A DNA stretch of 21,859 nt from Candidatus Thorarchaeota archaeon (GCA_046758445.1 JBHIAE010000048.1:1-21859), one strand, 5' to 3'; shown: positions 1 to 8,880, counted from the first letter of the stretch. Notes: a model not told the origin generated them from the sequence alone. Translations and numbers: made by a program.

Positions 1-2
1 CT

Positions 3-944
3 GGTCTCTATTTGGTTGCAATCTCTCCTTCTGGCATCTGGAACTCCGGTTCTGGCTTCCTTGTGATATCAATCGACAAAGGAACCTTCCTGGGCATCAC
101 AGTTGATGACATAAGAGTTGTAGTTGTGCTGAGTGACATCGACAAACTGACCTTGAATCTGGCGCAGTACGGTCTCCCGATAGCCCTGCTCGTCATAATG
201 CTTCTAATCGGATACGTGAGGATTTGGAGTGTGCCCAAGAGGCTCCGCCAAATCAATGGTCAGATCAAGGCGTTGAGGAAAGGCAGGATGCCCTCACCGA
301 TCAGTGATGTCAGGAGCCGCCAGGAGCTGATTGCCGACCTATTCAATGACACGTTTGAGGAACTAAAGATCAAGCGTGCGGTTCACCAGATGCCTGAGGA
401 GTCAGTGGAAGTGGAAGTCCCAGAGATGGGTGAGCTGCTGATTCAGCTACAAATCCTCACAAATCTTGACGCTGACGAGCTAGATGAGTTCAAGGCTGAC
501 ATCTCCAAGATGAGAGTGAGCGAACAGGCGACATTTGTGAGAGAAGTCATCGATCAAGAGGCTGTACGTGCTGCTCGACGGGAAGGTAAGACTGTCGATG
601 AGGTGCTTCGGGAGGTTTCAGAAAAGGCACGACGCAGACTTGCTGACCTGGAGGAGGCTCCTACAGAGAGGGTTGTCGAGCCCATTGTGGAGCCCGTCGT
701 TGAGCCGGCAGAGGAAGTCGAGCGTGTGGTCGATGTCGAAGGGCCAACTGTGGAGGAACCTGTACCTCCTGAGGAGGAAATAGAGGAACGGCTCAGTCCC
801 CACGAGCTTGATGAACTGAAGATGGAGCTCATTCGAAGAGGCGTCCCTGTTCACGAGATTGACGTTATCATCGAGCAGGCTAAGAAGCTCCCGCGCGAAA
901 TGGTTGAAGAGCTCATCAAGAGTGTTGGAAAGCGCGAGGGGTAG
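3..944 (+). CDS. Partial (5'-truncated) membrane-anchored protein with helical, acidic C-terminal cytoplasmic region
   Basis: Frame is open from the window edge (ggt ctc tat ttg...). One TM helix (YGLPIALLVIMLLIGYVRIW), then charged helical segments and a Glu/Val/Pro-rich linker. Confidence 0.8.
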   Translation, partial: GLYLVAISPSGIWNSGSGFLVISIDKGTFLGITVDDIRVVVVLSDIDKLTLNLAQYGLPIALLVIMLLIGYVRIWSVPKRLRQINGQIKALRKGRMPSPISDVRSRQELIADLFNDTFEELKIKRAVHQMPEESVEVEVPEMGELLIQLQILTNLDADELDEFKADISKMRVSEQATFVREVIDQEAVRAARREGKTVDEVLREVSEKARRRLADLEEAPTERVVEPIVEPVVEPAEEVERVVDVEGPTVEEPVPPEEEIEERLSPHELDELKMELIRRGVPVHEIDVIIEQAKKLPREMVEELIKSVGKREG

Positions 945-956
945 AGGGACTCACAC

Positions 957-1736
957 TCACTCCTCTCGTTCTCCTTCCTCTCCGTTTCCCAGGAAGTGAG
1001 AGAGTGGAAGTGTGGTTCCTGAGGCGACGGGCTTCGTTCTAGATGTGCGTCTCACTGGGTACTGAGGATGCTTCGACAGAGTGTACTTGACATACATCTT
1101 GGACTCCTCGACATAGACATGTACCTGAGCGCAGCTGGCTAGAGCCTTTCCCCCTGCAGGCTTGCTGGGGCTTCTCGGAGATGGCGGTGCAGAGATGACG
1201 GTTGCTATCCCCCTTTGGAGAGTGAAGGTCATCAACTTTGTCGCCATATGCGTGAGATGTTGAAGACCCTCTCCAGTAATGCCTTCAGAGAGGTAGAGGT
1301 CAGGAAGCCCAGCCACGATGAGCAGGCGCGCGTGAACCCTATCAAAGAACGACTCCAGTTGGTTCATCACAAGGTCATAGGTCTGAGATGAGTTGAAAGC
1401 ACGTGAGATGTAGATTCTATCCATTACCTCCTCCGGCTCCATCTTTAGGTCAAAGGCATGGTCTCTGATCTTCTCGATCTTCATGATGTTGGCACTATCA
1501 ATCATAATCGTGGGACTGTTGGCGCCTTCTCTGTCCTCAGGGAGCTGGGCCTGGACAGCAAAGCGAAGAAGGTCATCGTTGAGGAGTCTGGCACCGTAGA
1601 AGAGATGTACGAGCCCCATCTCAAGGCCACCACCCAATAGGCTATCGACTGAGTGAATTCCGCTACTAATCCTACGTCGTTCCACCATGTCTGCTGTATA
1701 GAATCCCGGTTTCAGTTTCGGCTCAATCTCCTTCAT
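957..1736 (-). CDS. RadA/Rad51-like recombinase paralog, predicted ATPase-inactive
   Basis: ISSGIHSVDSLLGGGLEMG.VHLFYG and MDRIYISRAFNS.Q are RadA/Rad51 signatures. Walker A GKT is absent (YGARLLNDD) and the Walker B Asp is replaced (LLIVAGL). Confidence 0.85.
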   Translation of the reverse strand: MKEIEPKLKPGFYTADMVERRRISSGIHSVDSLLGGGLEMGLVHLFYGARLLNDDLLRFAVQAQLPEDREGANSPTIMIDSANIMKIEKIRDHAFDLKMEPEEVMDRIYISRAFNSSQTYDLVMNQLESFFDRVHARLLIVAGLPDLYLSEGITGEGLQHLTHMATKLMTFTLQRGIATVISAPPSPRSPSKPAGGKALASCAQVHVYVEESKMYVKYTLSKHPQYPVRRTSRTKPVASGTTLPLSHFLGNGEEGEREE

Positions 1737-1859
1737 GTCACAGTGGTGTGCCCTCTGTGGTTTTTATCCACCACCAAAATCCGCGGGTTGGCGAACGGAT
1801 TTGGGAGACACTTTAAATGGTCGGTGTGCAGGTATGTATACCTAGCCGGGAGGAATGAA

Positions 1860-2069
1860 ATGACCAAGACGCAGAAAATCCGCGTGTGCCCTCGATGTGG
1901 GAGCTCTGAGATTCGAGAGGCAAAGTCTTCTGTTAGTGGCTGGCTGGTCCCCAAGACCTACTACTGCGCCGACAAGACCTGCGGCTACTCGGGCCCAGTA
2001 TATGTCGAAGTAGATGTTGAGGAGGCAGAGCACGTCCGACGAGTAATCAATGGTGAGAATGAGGACTAG
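1860..2069 (+). CDS. Small zinc-ribbon protein (69 aa)
   Basis: ATG at 1860 after ggagga and a TTTAAA box near 1812. Carries CPRCGS...YYCADKTCGY (CxxC...CxxxxC). The track start at 1653 overlaps the RadA paralog and is unlikely. Confidence 0.75.
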   Translation: MTKTQKIRVCPRCGSSEIREAKSSVSGWLVPKTYYCADKTCGYSGPVYVEVDVEEAEHVRRVINGENED

Positions 2070-2158
2070 CTGATACTCGCGACTTAAGCTCGAAGCCATT
2101 GGTTAAAGTAGTAGACTTAAAAAGGAGGCATGCCGTCACCAGTTCCGGTGACTACATT

Positions 2159-2587
2159 ATGGTTACGTACGAAGGGTTTGATTTTCCGGAGGACTTGTTC
2201 TACACAGACGATCAAGTCTGGATATCGAAGCTAGACGATGGGAAGGTACGTCTTGGGTTCACCAGCTTCGGGATGTCACTGGCCGGGATGATAAAATTCG
2301 TCCGCCTCAGGCCAGCCGGCAAAAAGATTGCGGTGGGCCGCAGCATCGGAACCTTGGAGTCAGGCAAATGGACCGGGCCGATAAAATCTCCCGTGTCCGG
2401 AACGATTACCGAGGTAAATGAAGCCCTCAAGGACAATCCAAGCCTTCTGAATGACGACGCATATGGTGCCGGCTGGATTGCTGTCATCGAGCCAGACGAC
2501 TTCGAGGGCGAGAAGGGTGCACTACAGGGCGCCGACGGCCTAGAGGACTGGGTCAAGGCTCAGTATGCAGAGAAGAAGACTGAATAA
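2159..2587 (+). CDS. gcvH: Glycine cleavage system H protein-like lipoyl carrier
   Basis: FPEDLFYT...VWI...VRLGFTSFG, lipoyl-lysine motif LESGKWTG, SPVSGTITEVNEAL...P.LLN.DAYGAGWI. Start moved to ATG 2159. Confidence 0.9.
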   Translation: MVTYEGFDFPEDLFYTDDQVWISKLDDGKVRLGFTSFGMSLAGMIKFVRLRPAGKKIAVGRSIGTLESGKWTGPIKSPVSGTITEVNEALKDNPSLLNDDAYGAGWIAVIEPDDFEGEKGALQGADGLEDWVKAQYAEKKTE

Positions 2588-2593
2588 GCAGGC

Positions 2594-2618
2594 TGTGCGG
2601 TCGGTCATCCGGCCCACA
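2594..2618. terminator. Hairpin between convergent gcvH and cdc6-like genes
   Basis: tgtg-c-ggtcgg tcat ccggcc-caca imperfect inverted repeat in the 37-nt gap between two stop codons. Confidence 0.4.
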
Positions 2619-2624
2619 ACCATC

Positions 2625-3770
2625 TCATTTTCTCCTAGAGAGTTCTCGTCTCAGACTGAGGGCTGCATCATATAGTATCTCCGGAGGAGTGATGAGATAG
2701 AGAAGGTTTCTTGAGTAGCCGGACTCGAACACGACGCTCTGGAATATCAACGTCTGAAGACTTCTCTCTATGTCCTCGGGAATGAACCGAACTCCCTGTT
2801 CTTCACACTTTATCATCACGAGCTCGTTGAGTGTCTGTCTGTCGATGTAGGTCTCAGTCTTGTATGTCATCAGATGTTGCGTCATACTCTCAAGAACGAG
2901 CAGTGTCATGAAGTCGTTCATGCTGATTGCCTCAATCGTGTCCATGTAGTCCATGTCCTGCACTGCACTCGTGATCTTTGAAGTGGCCGCCCTGACGGCG
3001 TCTGATGTGATCTCCTGACCACTTGTTGCCAGAGGCCAGAGAGCCTTCAGTGCTTCAATAGAGGTTCTAGGTTTTCCAGCGTCGAATTCAATCACGCAGT
3101 CCGTTATGTATCTGACAACCTCATCGGTCAGACCCAACGGAAATGTGTCCTCAACTCTCATACGCACAATCTCATACAGCTGCGACTGTGTGTAGGTGTC
3201 CAGAGGTATCTCGAAGTCATATGCCATCTTGGTGGCCGGACCTTTTGTGAGAAGCCGATAGTCATGGCTATTCAGCACTCCAATAGTGCTCGCTCGAATC
3301 TCCTTCGAGAGATGAGCCAGTTTGGAGTAGACTTCCTCGTTGGTTTCATCTATACCGTCAATAACGAATACTGTCTTCTTGTTTGTCGCCGCCGCAGTAC
3401 GCTTGAACTGCATCCACAGCACGTCCAGGTCAAATGCCACAGTGATAAGAGTATTCGTTTCTCTGTGGATCTTGTCATTCAGCTCCGCCACTAGCTCGAG
3501 GACGTCTTTCCTTCGAGCGTTCACGTACACCGTGTGAGCATCGAATCGCTGAGGAGTCAGCTTTGTTAGGAAGTAACGAGAGAAGACAGTCATCCCGACA
3601 CCGGTAATCCCGTGAACCAAGCAGTTTACTCCGTAGTCGTCCTGATAGCTGTCTCGGTAGATACCATCAATCATCCCTAGTTCCCGATCGCGATGGAGGA
3701 TCTTTTCAGGAACAAAATAAGGGTCGAACAAGCCTTTTGGACTTCGATTCTGACGAACCATCCTCATCAT
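2625..3770 (-). CDS. Cdc6/Orc1-family AAA+ protein with degenerate Walker motifs
   Basis: N-terminal LFDPYFVPEKILHRDREL, YT.SQLYEIVRMR and the sensor-2 region AGKPRTSI match Cdc6/Orc1. Walker A reads GITGVGMT and Walker B reads VFVIDGID. Start set to ATG 3770 (or 3767), downstream of a minus-strand TTTATAT at 3791-3797. Confidence 0.85.
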   Translation of the reverse strand: MMRMVRQNRSPKGLFDPYFVPEKILHRDRELGMIDGIYRDSYQDDYGVNCLVHGITGVGMTVFSRYFLTKLTPQRFDAHTVYVNARRKDVLELVAELNDKIHRETNTLITVAFDLDVLWMQFKRTAAATNKKTVFVIDGIDETNEEVYSKLAHLSKEIRASTIGVLNSHDYRLLTKGPATKMAYDFEIPLDTYTQSQLYEIVRMRVEDTFPLGLTDEVVRYITDCVIEFDAGKPRTSIEALKALWPLATSGQEITSDAVRAATSKITSAVQDMDYMDTIEAISMNDFMTLLVLESMTQHLMTYKTETYIDRQTLNELVMIKCEEQGVRFIPEDIERSLQTLIFQSVVFESGYSRNLLYLITPPEILYDAALSLRRELSRRK

Positions 3771-3837
3771 AGTCTGGTCTAGAGGTCCCCATATAAACCC
3801 CCTAAGAGACATTCCCGAAAGTATTCTGATGCCCAGA

Positions 3838-5175
3838 TCACACCATTGAGCTCAGAACTTCACCGCATTCCTCATCCAGAAGAAAGCTATTGAATCCTTG
3901 ACCCATTGCCTCTCTCAGTTCCTCCATCCTGACAATCTTCACTTTATCACTAAAGGGCCACTTGTGTTCGGGCTTAGGTGTCACGCCAAGACTATCACAC
4001 TTGTTGACTATGTCGAGCACTATCTGGAAGAGCTCGTTTCCACTCTTCCCTTCGGGCCTGATTTCTCTCGAATGCATGATGATGCCGTAGGCCGCGCTGT
4101 TGTCACCCAAGTACCACTTGCTTGGTGCGTGTCCGTACTTGCTAAGGGGCACAAGGTCGTGGCCCTGCAGCAAGGCATCAATCTCGCCCAAGGTCCGTTG
4201 CATGTTTCTTAGACTCTCTCCGTGAAAGCCGTAGCCCTCAAAGAGGGCAAACTGCACGCCTTCCTTTGGATTCCGCTTCGGGAGTTTGATTCGGATGTCC
4301 TTCATTCTCTGGAACTCTTGTTGATCCAGTCTTTTCACAACGATGAAATCGTTCAGCTCGGTCTCATATTCCTCTGGGTATTGAAGAATCAAGAGTGGCG
4401 GGTTGAAGCCTTCTCTCACGTCAGGATGCGCCATGACAATGGTTTCTCCATAGCGGATTGGACTCTCTCGCTTTGCCATGCCATCCACGGCCTGTCCCAG
4501 ACCGTCGTAATCATCGAACTCAACCAGAGCTCCTACCAGGGTTTCATTGACCAAGGGCCGAATGGCGACCTTCAACTCAGTAATAAAGCCCAGTGTGCCG
4601 TGAGAGCTCGCCACGTCGTGAATGGTCATTCCTCTTTTGTTCAACTCAGCTTCAAGTTGGGCATCTTCTGACTTGACTCCCTCATGACCTACAGTAAGTT
4701 GTCTGCCATCATATGTGACCATCTTGACCTTGATTGTGTTGTCCCTCATTGTTCCATTTACCCAAGTGTCGTTGCCGCCTCCATCGGTGCTGAGGATTCC
4801 CCCCACCGTGGCTATGTCTCTGCTACTGGGTGCGACGAAGAACTTCATTCCCATAGGCTCAAGCAGTGCATTGATCTCGTCTGGGGTGGCACCAGGTTGA
4901 ACGTAAGCATAGCCCAGGTCCTTTGAGATGTTCAAGATCTCTGTCATCTGCAGGCTGCTAATCATGATACGTTCTTTGTCCCCTCCCGTGCATGCTCCAC
5001 TCAGTCCCGAACCTCCGCCCTTTGGCGTGACATCATAATCGTGTTCTCGGGCAAATGCGATTGCTGCAAGAACATCCGCCTCAGTCTTTGGGTAGTAGAC
5101 TCCCCGTATCTTCTTGAAATTCAGTCTATAGTACATCGAGGCATTTGCACCAATTGCTATGTCTCTGAGCTTCAT
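3838..5175 (-). CDS. FAD-binding oxidoreductase, GlcD/D-2-hydroxyacid dehydrogenase (VAO/PCMH) family
   Basis: VTPKGGGSGLSGA, VQPGA, ATVGGILSTDGGG, SHGTLGFITE; C-terminal GHA...MH...PEH. ATG 5175 abuts the upstream gene's stop at 5177. Confidence 0.88.
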   Translation of the reverse strand: MKLRDIAIGANASMYYRLNFKKIRGVYYPKTEADVLAAIAFAREHDYDVTPKGGGSGLSGACTGGDKERIMISSLQMTEILNISKDLGYAYVQPGATPDEINALLEPMGMKFFVAPSSRDIATVGGILSTDGGGNDTWVNGTMRDNTIKVKMVTYDGRQLTVGHEGVKSEDAQLEAELNKRGMTIHDVASSHGTLGFITELKVAIRPLVNETLVGALVEFDDYDGLGQAVDGMAKRESPIRYGETIVMAHPDVREGFNPPLLILQYPEEYETELNDFIVVKRLDQQEFQRMKDIRIKLPKRNPKEGVQFALFEGYGFHGESLRNMQRTLGEIDALLQGHDLVPLSKYGHAPSKWYLGDNSAAYGIIMHSREIRPEGKSGNELFQIVLDIVNKCDSLGVTPKPEHKWPFSDKVKIVRMEELREAMGQGFNSFLLDEECGEVLSSMV

Positions 5176-5176
5176 C

Positions 5177-6283
5177 TCACGCCTTGCCTCCTTCCAGTGC
5201 TGCTGACAGCAGCTCAACAATGTCCTTTGTCTTGGTTTCATTAAGCATCAGCTGTTCTCTGCATGAGGGGCAAGCAGTGACCACCGTTGAATGAGCCAGT
5301 CTCTCGCGAGCCTTTCTCAATTGGATCACAATGTCACTCAAGCCTGGATCCGTCATCCTTAGAAGTCCGCCACCGCCGCAACAGCTCAGGTCCATCTCGC
5401 GATACTTTACTCCAAGCTTGTCAATCAGCGACCTTGGCTCAGTCTTGATGCCAAGAATCCTATGGAGTTCACAAGGGTCGTGGTATGCGAACTCTTCTGT
5501 CTGGTCATATTTCGGTGCAGTTTCAAGCAGTCTGTCAAAGAACTGTGTGTGATGAAGAGGCTCGATGTCACCAAGCTTGTGATCCTCTCTCAACTGAATC
5601 AGACAGCCCGGACAGCAGGTCACTACATGCTTTGCTTGGGAGTCCTGAATGACACTCTTGTTGTGTTGGCGAAGTTCTTCTGCTCCTTTCTCGTCTCCCA
5701 TCAGATAGAGTGGATGGCCGCAACAGTGTTCCTCAGCACCCATGACAAGGTAGTCAACTTCCAGTTTCTCAAGTGCAACGAAGAGTGACCTAAGAACATC
5801 AATCTGAGTTCCCCGAAACGACATCAGACATCCTAGGAATATCATGTTCTCTGCAGTCTTTCCCTTCTGATACAACCTGTCAGCTAGTCCGGGGATTTCA
5901 TCCTCAAGCTCATCTAGCCAGTAGATCGCCCGGTCCTCCGGGTCGAGTCCATAGATATTGGCGACATTGGCGAGAGATTCCTTCAAGGCATCCAGGTATT
6001 CGAACTCCTCGGGAGCGGTTTCCATAGCTTGTGCTCTCTGTTCATGCCAAATGCGTAGCAAATCGACATCCGATTCGCAGATCTCTGAGCAGCGGCCGCA
6101 CATACTACATTGAAAGAGCAATCGTCTGAACTCCTTTGCGAGCTCCTCGTCCCCCTCTATCTGATCCATTACCTGTAGTAAGTATGCCTTTCCACGCGGT
6201 GAGAACTGCTCCTCTCCCACAGCGTCGAAGAGGGGGCAGAACTTGACACAAGAGCCGCATCGTACACATTTGTCGTAGGACAT
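5177..6283 (-). CDS. Fe-S oxidoreductase, GlcF/HdrD-like (two 4Fe-4S motifs plus two CCG domains)
   Basis: CVRCGSCVKFCP and CSMCGRCSEIC; CCG, CCPGC, HDPC, CCGGGG and CPSC motifs. Start set to ATG 6283. Confidence 0.9.
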   Translation of the reverse strand: MSYDKCVRCGSCVKFCPLFDAVGEEQFSPRGKAYLLQVMDQIEGDEELAKEFRRLLFQCSMCGRCSEICESDVDLLRIWHEQRAQAMETAPEEFEYLDALKESLANVANIYGLDPEDRAIYWLDELEDEIPGLADRLYQKGKTAENMIFLGCLMSFRGTQIDVLRSLFVALEKLEVDYLVMGAEEHCCGHPLYLMGDEKGAEELRQHNKSVIQDSQAKHVVTCCPGCLIQLREDHKLGDIEPLHHTQFFDRLLETAPKYDQTEEFAYHDPCELHRILGIKTEPRSLIDKLGVKYREMDLSCCGGGGLLRMTDPGLSDIVIQLRKARERLAHSTVVTACPSCREQLMLNETKTKDIVELLSAALEGGKA

Positions 6284-6364
6284 CTGTTGTTCTCCGTTCT
6301 TGTAGGGTACGGCTTCGCCGCACCGGCTTAATAATAGCCTTGCTGACAAGTGCGGTTTTGCACT

Positions 6365-6402
6365 GAAAAAGAGAAGGATTGCGGCGGGACGTTTCACCGC
6401 AA
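6365..6402 (-). terminator. Hairpin plus pyrimidine/U tract after malic enzyme
   Basis: Minus strand reads ttgcgg-N12-ccgcaa followed by tccttctctttttc. Confidence 0.5.
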
Positions 6403-6411
6403 GATTACGCA

Positions 6412-7773
6412 TCAAGTAGGTGGAGCCTTTGGAATATACCCATTCTCGTATAGAACTTCAGAAGACGCACGGGCTGCTCTGATGGTTTTCTCGGCGTGTT
6501 TGTAGAGCTCCTTCTCTTCCCAGTGCTTTCTTGCTATTCCCTGTCCGATGGCTTTCATTCCCACAGCGGTAGCCTCGAGCGGATAGAGTTCCCATTGATC
6601 CATAGTGGGAATGACTTTTCTCTCATTGGCCTCTTTCGCTCCCAAGTCACAGAGGGCGTGAGCAGCAGCGATACACATCTCATCCGTAATCGTTGTTGCC
6701 CGAACATCAAGCGCCCCTCTAAAGATCCCAGGAAATCCAAGTGAGTTATTGATCTGGTTGTCAAAATCACTGCGACCTGTGCCCACGATTCTCGCGCCAG
6801 CCTCCCTAGCATCCCAGGGCCATATCTCAGGGAGGGGATTAGCACATGCATAGACAATCGAGTCTGGCGCCATCATAGAGATCCATTCTTTCTTAACTGT
6901 GCCCGGAACCGGTCTTGAAGCGGTGATTAGCACATCGATTCCTTCTATGACGTCGCCGAGATTACCAGTCTTTCTCTCAGGGTTCGTCCTCTGGGCCAAG
7001 TCGTACTTGAAGAAGTCGTAGTCTTTCTGCTCTACAATGTCCTCACGGTCGGCATAGATTGCACCTTTGCTGTCAACCATGACCACATTCTTGGGGTTGA
7101 CACCTACTGAAAACATCAGATATGCAGTTCTTGTATTAGCTGCGCCTACTCCTAGCAGAGCCACTGTAACGCTCTCAATCTCTTTCTTGACTACATTGAG
7201 ACCTCCGAAGACACCCGCGAGCACAACAGTGGCTGTTCCCTGTGCATCATCGTGCCATACTGGAATCTTGACATCAGGATCCTTCCTGAGCTCTTCGAGG
7301 ACCTTGTAGCATTTTGGCTTGGCAATGTCTTCTAGGTTGATGCCGCCAAAGGATGGCTGGATGAGCTTTACCACCTCAATTATCTTGTCAGCATCCTTGG
7401 TATCAACACAGACTGGCCATGCATCGACTCCACCAAGGTACTTGAACAGAATGGACTTGCCTTCCATTACTGGACCTGCACCATAAGGGCCGATGTCTCC
7501 CAGCCCAAGGACTCGGGTTCCATCGCTGACCACAGCGACCATGTTACCTTTGTTTGTGTGATCGTAAGCAGTTTCCTCGTTCTCGCTGATGGCCACACAT
7601 GGCTTTGCGACACCAGGCGTATACCATATTGCAAAGTCAGAGAAGTCGCGTACAGGCACTTTGCCAATACTCTGTATCTTCCCTTGGTAGAAGGGATGAA
7701 GGACCATCGCGTCTTTTCCAGGCTTCTCTGCCTTCTTCTTGAGTTCTTCGACACTGAGTTTCTTTTCAGGCAT
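6412..7773 (-). CDS. mae: NAD(P)-dependent malic enzyme
   Basis: YTPGVA, VAVVSDGTRVLGLGDIGP...PVMEGK, GGINLEDI, WHDDAQGTA, GVGAA, ANPLPEI, TGRSDFDNQINN. Confidence 0.96.
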   Translation of the reverse strand: MPEKKLSVEELKKKAEKPGKDAMVLHPFYQGKIQSIGKVPVRDFSDFAIWYTPGVAKPCVAISENEETAYDHTNKGNMVAVVSDGTRVLGLGDIGPYGAGPVMEGKSILFKYLGGVDAWPVCVDTKDADKIIEVVKLIQPSFGGINLEDIAKPKCYKVLEELRKDPDVKIPVWHDDAQGTATVVLAGVFGGLNVVKKEIESVTVALLGVGAANTRTAYLMFSVGVNPKNVVMVDSKGAIYADREDIVEQKDYDFFKYDLAQRTNPERKTGNLGDVIEGIDVLITASRPVPGTVKKEWISMMAPDSIVYACANPLPEIWPWDAREAGARIVGTGRSDFDNQINNSLGFPGIFRGALDVRATTITDEMCIAAAHALCDLGAKEANERKVIPTMDQWELYPLEATAVGMKAIGQGIARKHWEEKELYKHAEKTIRAARASSEVLYENGYIPKAPPT

Positions 7774-7911
7774 TTCACAGAGCCCCTTCGTTTGTGCAGA
7801 CTAACCTAGCTTTGTCAGCCCTACGGGCACCGGGGCACATGTATCTTCGATTTTAATCTATGCCTTCTGAACTAGGCCGTTCAATGTCACGAATGGACAG
7901 GGATCCTGCGT

Positions 7912-8385
7912 CTAAAGCTTGAGACCCCAATATTCCGCAATCTGGTTTGCATGCTCGCTTGACCTTACTTTCTCAAGGCCCTCTGACCCGCCGAAGATGG
8001 CCTGAATCTTGCCCTGTTCGTCTATCAGGAATGTGACGCGCTTGACCCCCATTCCCAAAATACCGAGTCGACTGAAAACGCCATAGAGCTTTGCTATTTC
8101 CAGATTCTCATCCATCAGAATGTGAAATGGAAGTTCGTATTTCTTTCTGAATCTTTGATGGAGATTGGCTGAACCGCCAGAGATCCCGAAGATAGGAATT
8201 CCAGATCCTTCAAAGAGTTGGTAACTGTCGCGGATAGAGCATGCCTCCGCAGTGCAACCCGGGGTGAAGTCACGAGGATAGAAGTAGAGAACGAGCTTCT
8301 GTCCACGATATGCGCTGAGTCTGAAATCTGCGCCACTCTCATCAGTTGTTTCAAAGTCAGGAGCCTTTTCACCTATCCGAAGCAT
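7912..8385 (-). CDS. bcp: Peroxiredoxin, BCP/PrxQ type (copy 1)
   Basis: LYFYPRDFTPGCTAEACSIRD (PxxxTxxC, CxxxxC); catalytic Arg in KRVTFLID. Confidence 0.94.
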   Translation of the reverse strand: MLRIGEKAPDFETTDESGADFRLSAYRGQKLVLYFYPRDFTPGCTAEACSIRDSYQLFEGSGIPIFGISGGSANLHQRFRKKYELPFHILMDENLEIAKLYGVFSRLGILGMGVKRVTFLIDEQGKIQAIFGGSEGLEKVRSSEHANQIAEYWGLKL

Positions 8386-8397
8386 TTGGGCCCACCA

Positions 8398-8880
8398 CTA
8401 AAGTTTCAGTCCCCAGAACTTGATGACTTGGTCAGCATGTTCCTTGGTCTTCACCTTCTCCATTCCTTCCGGGCCGCCAAAGATGCCTTCCACCTTACCA
8501 TCTTCGTCAATCAGGAAGGTTGTTCTGACGATTCCCATGTACTCTTTTCCGTACATCTTCTTGTTCTGATATACGTTGTAAAGCTTGGCGATTTCGAATC
8601 CTTCGTCCATCAGCAAAGGGAACGGCAGGTCATACTTCTCTTTGAAACTCTGATGGGACTTTGCTGAACCTCCTGAGACCCCGAAAACGGGGATGTCACT
8701 CTGTCGAAACACTTCGTAGCTGTCCCTTATGGAACATGCTTCTGCAATGCAGCCAGTCGTGTGGTCCTTTGGATAGAAGTACAAGAAGACCTTCTTCCCT
8801 CTCAGTTCGCTCAGCTTGAAGTCCTTTCCACTCTCTGTCGTGGTCTGGAAATCTGGAGCACTATCACCTGTCTTTATCAA
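8398..8880 (-). CDS. bcp: Peroxiredoxin, BCP/PrxQ type (copy 2)
   Basis: LYFYPKDHTTGCIAEACSIRD and VRTTFLID. Likely TTG start at 8880 with AGGAGGAG about 10 nt upstream. Confidence 0.93.
   Translation of the reverse strand: MIKTGDSAPDFQTTTESGKDFKLSELRGKKVFLYFYPKDHTTGCIAEACSIRDSYEVFRQSDIPVFGVSGGSAKSHQSFKEKYDLPFPLLMDEGFEIAKLYNVYQNKKMYGKEYMGIVRTTFLIDEDGKVEGIFGGPEGMEKVKTKEHADQVIKFWGLKL

Noticed and set aside
670-785. VVEPIVEPVVEP repeat and the Ser/Thr-rich antisense ORF 554-832
   Set aside because: A low-complexity acidic linker; the antisense ORF is its shadow.
2625-3840. Replication origin (ORB boxes) next to the cdc6-like gene
   Set aside because: Flanking intergenic regions are under 70 nt, with no ORB repeats or AT-rich unwinding element.
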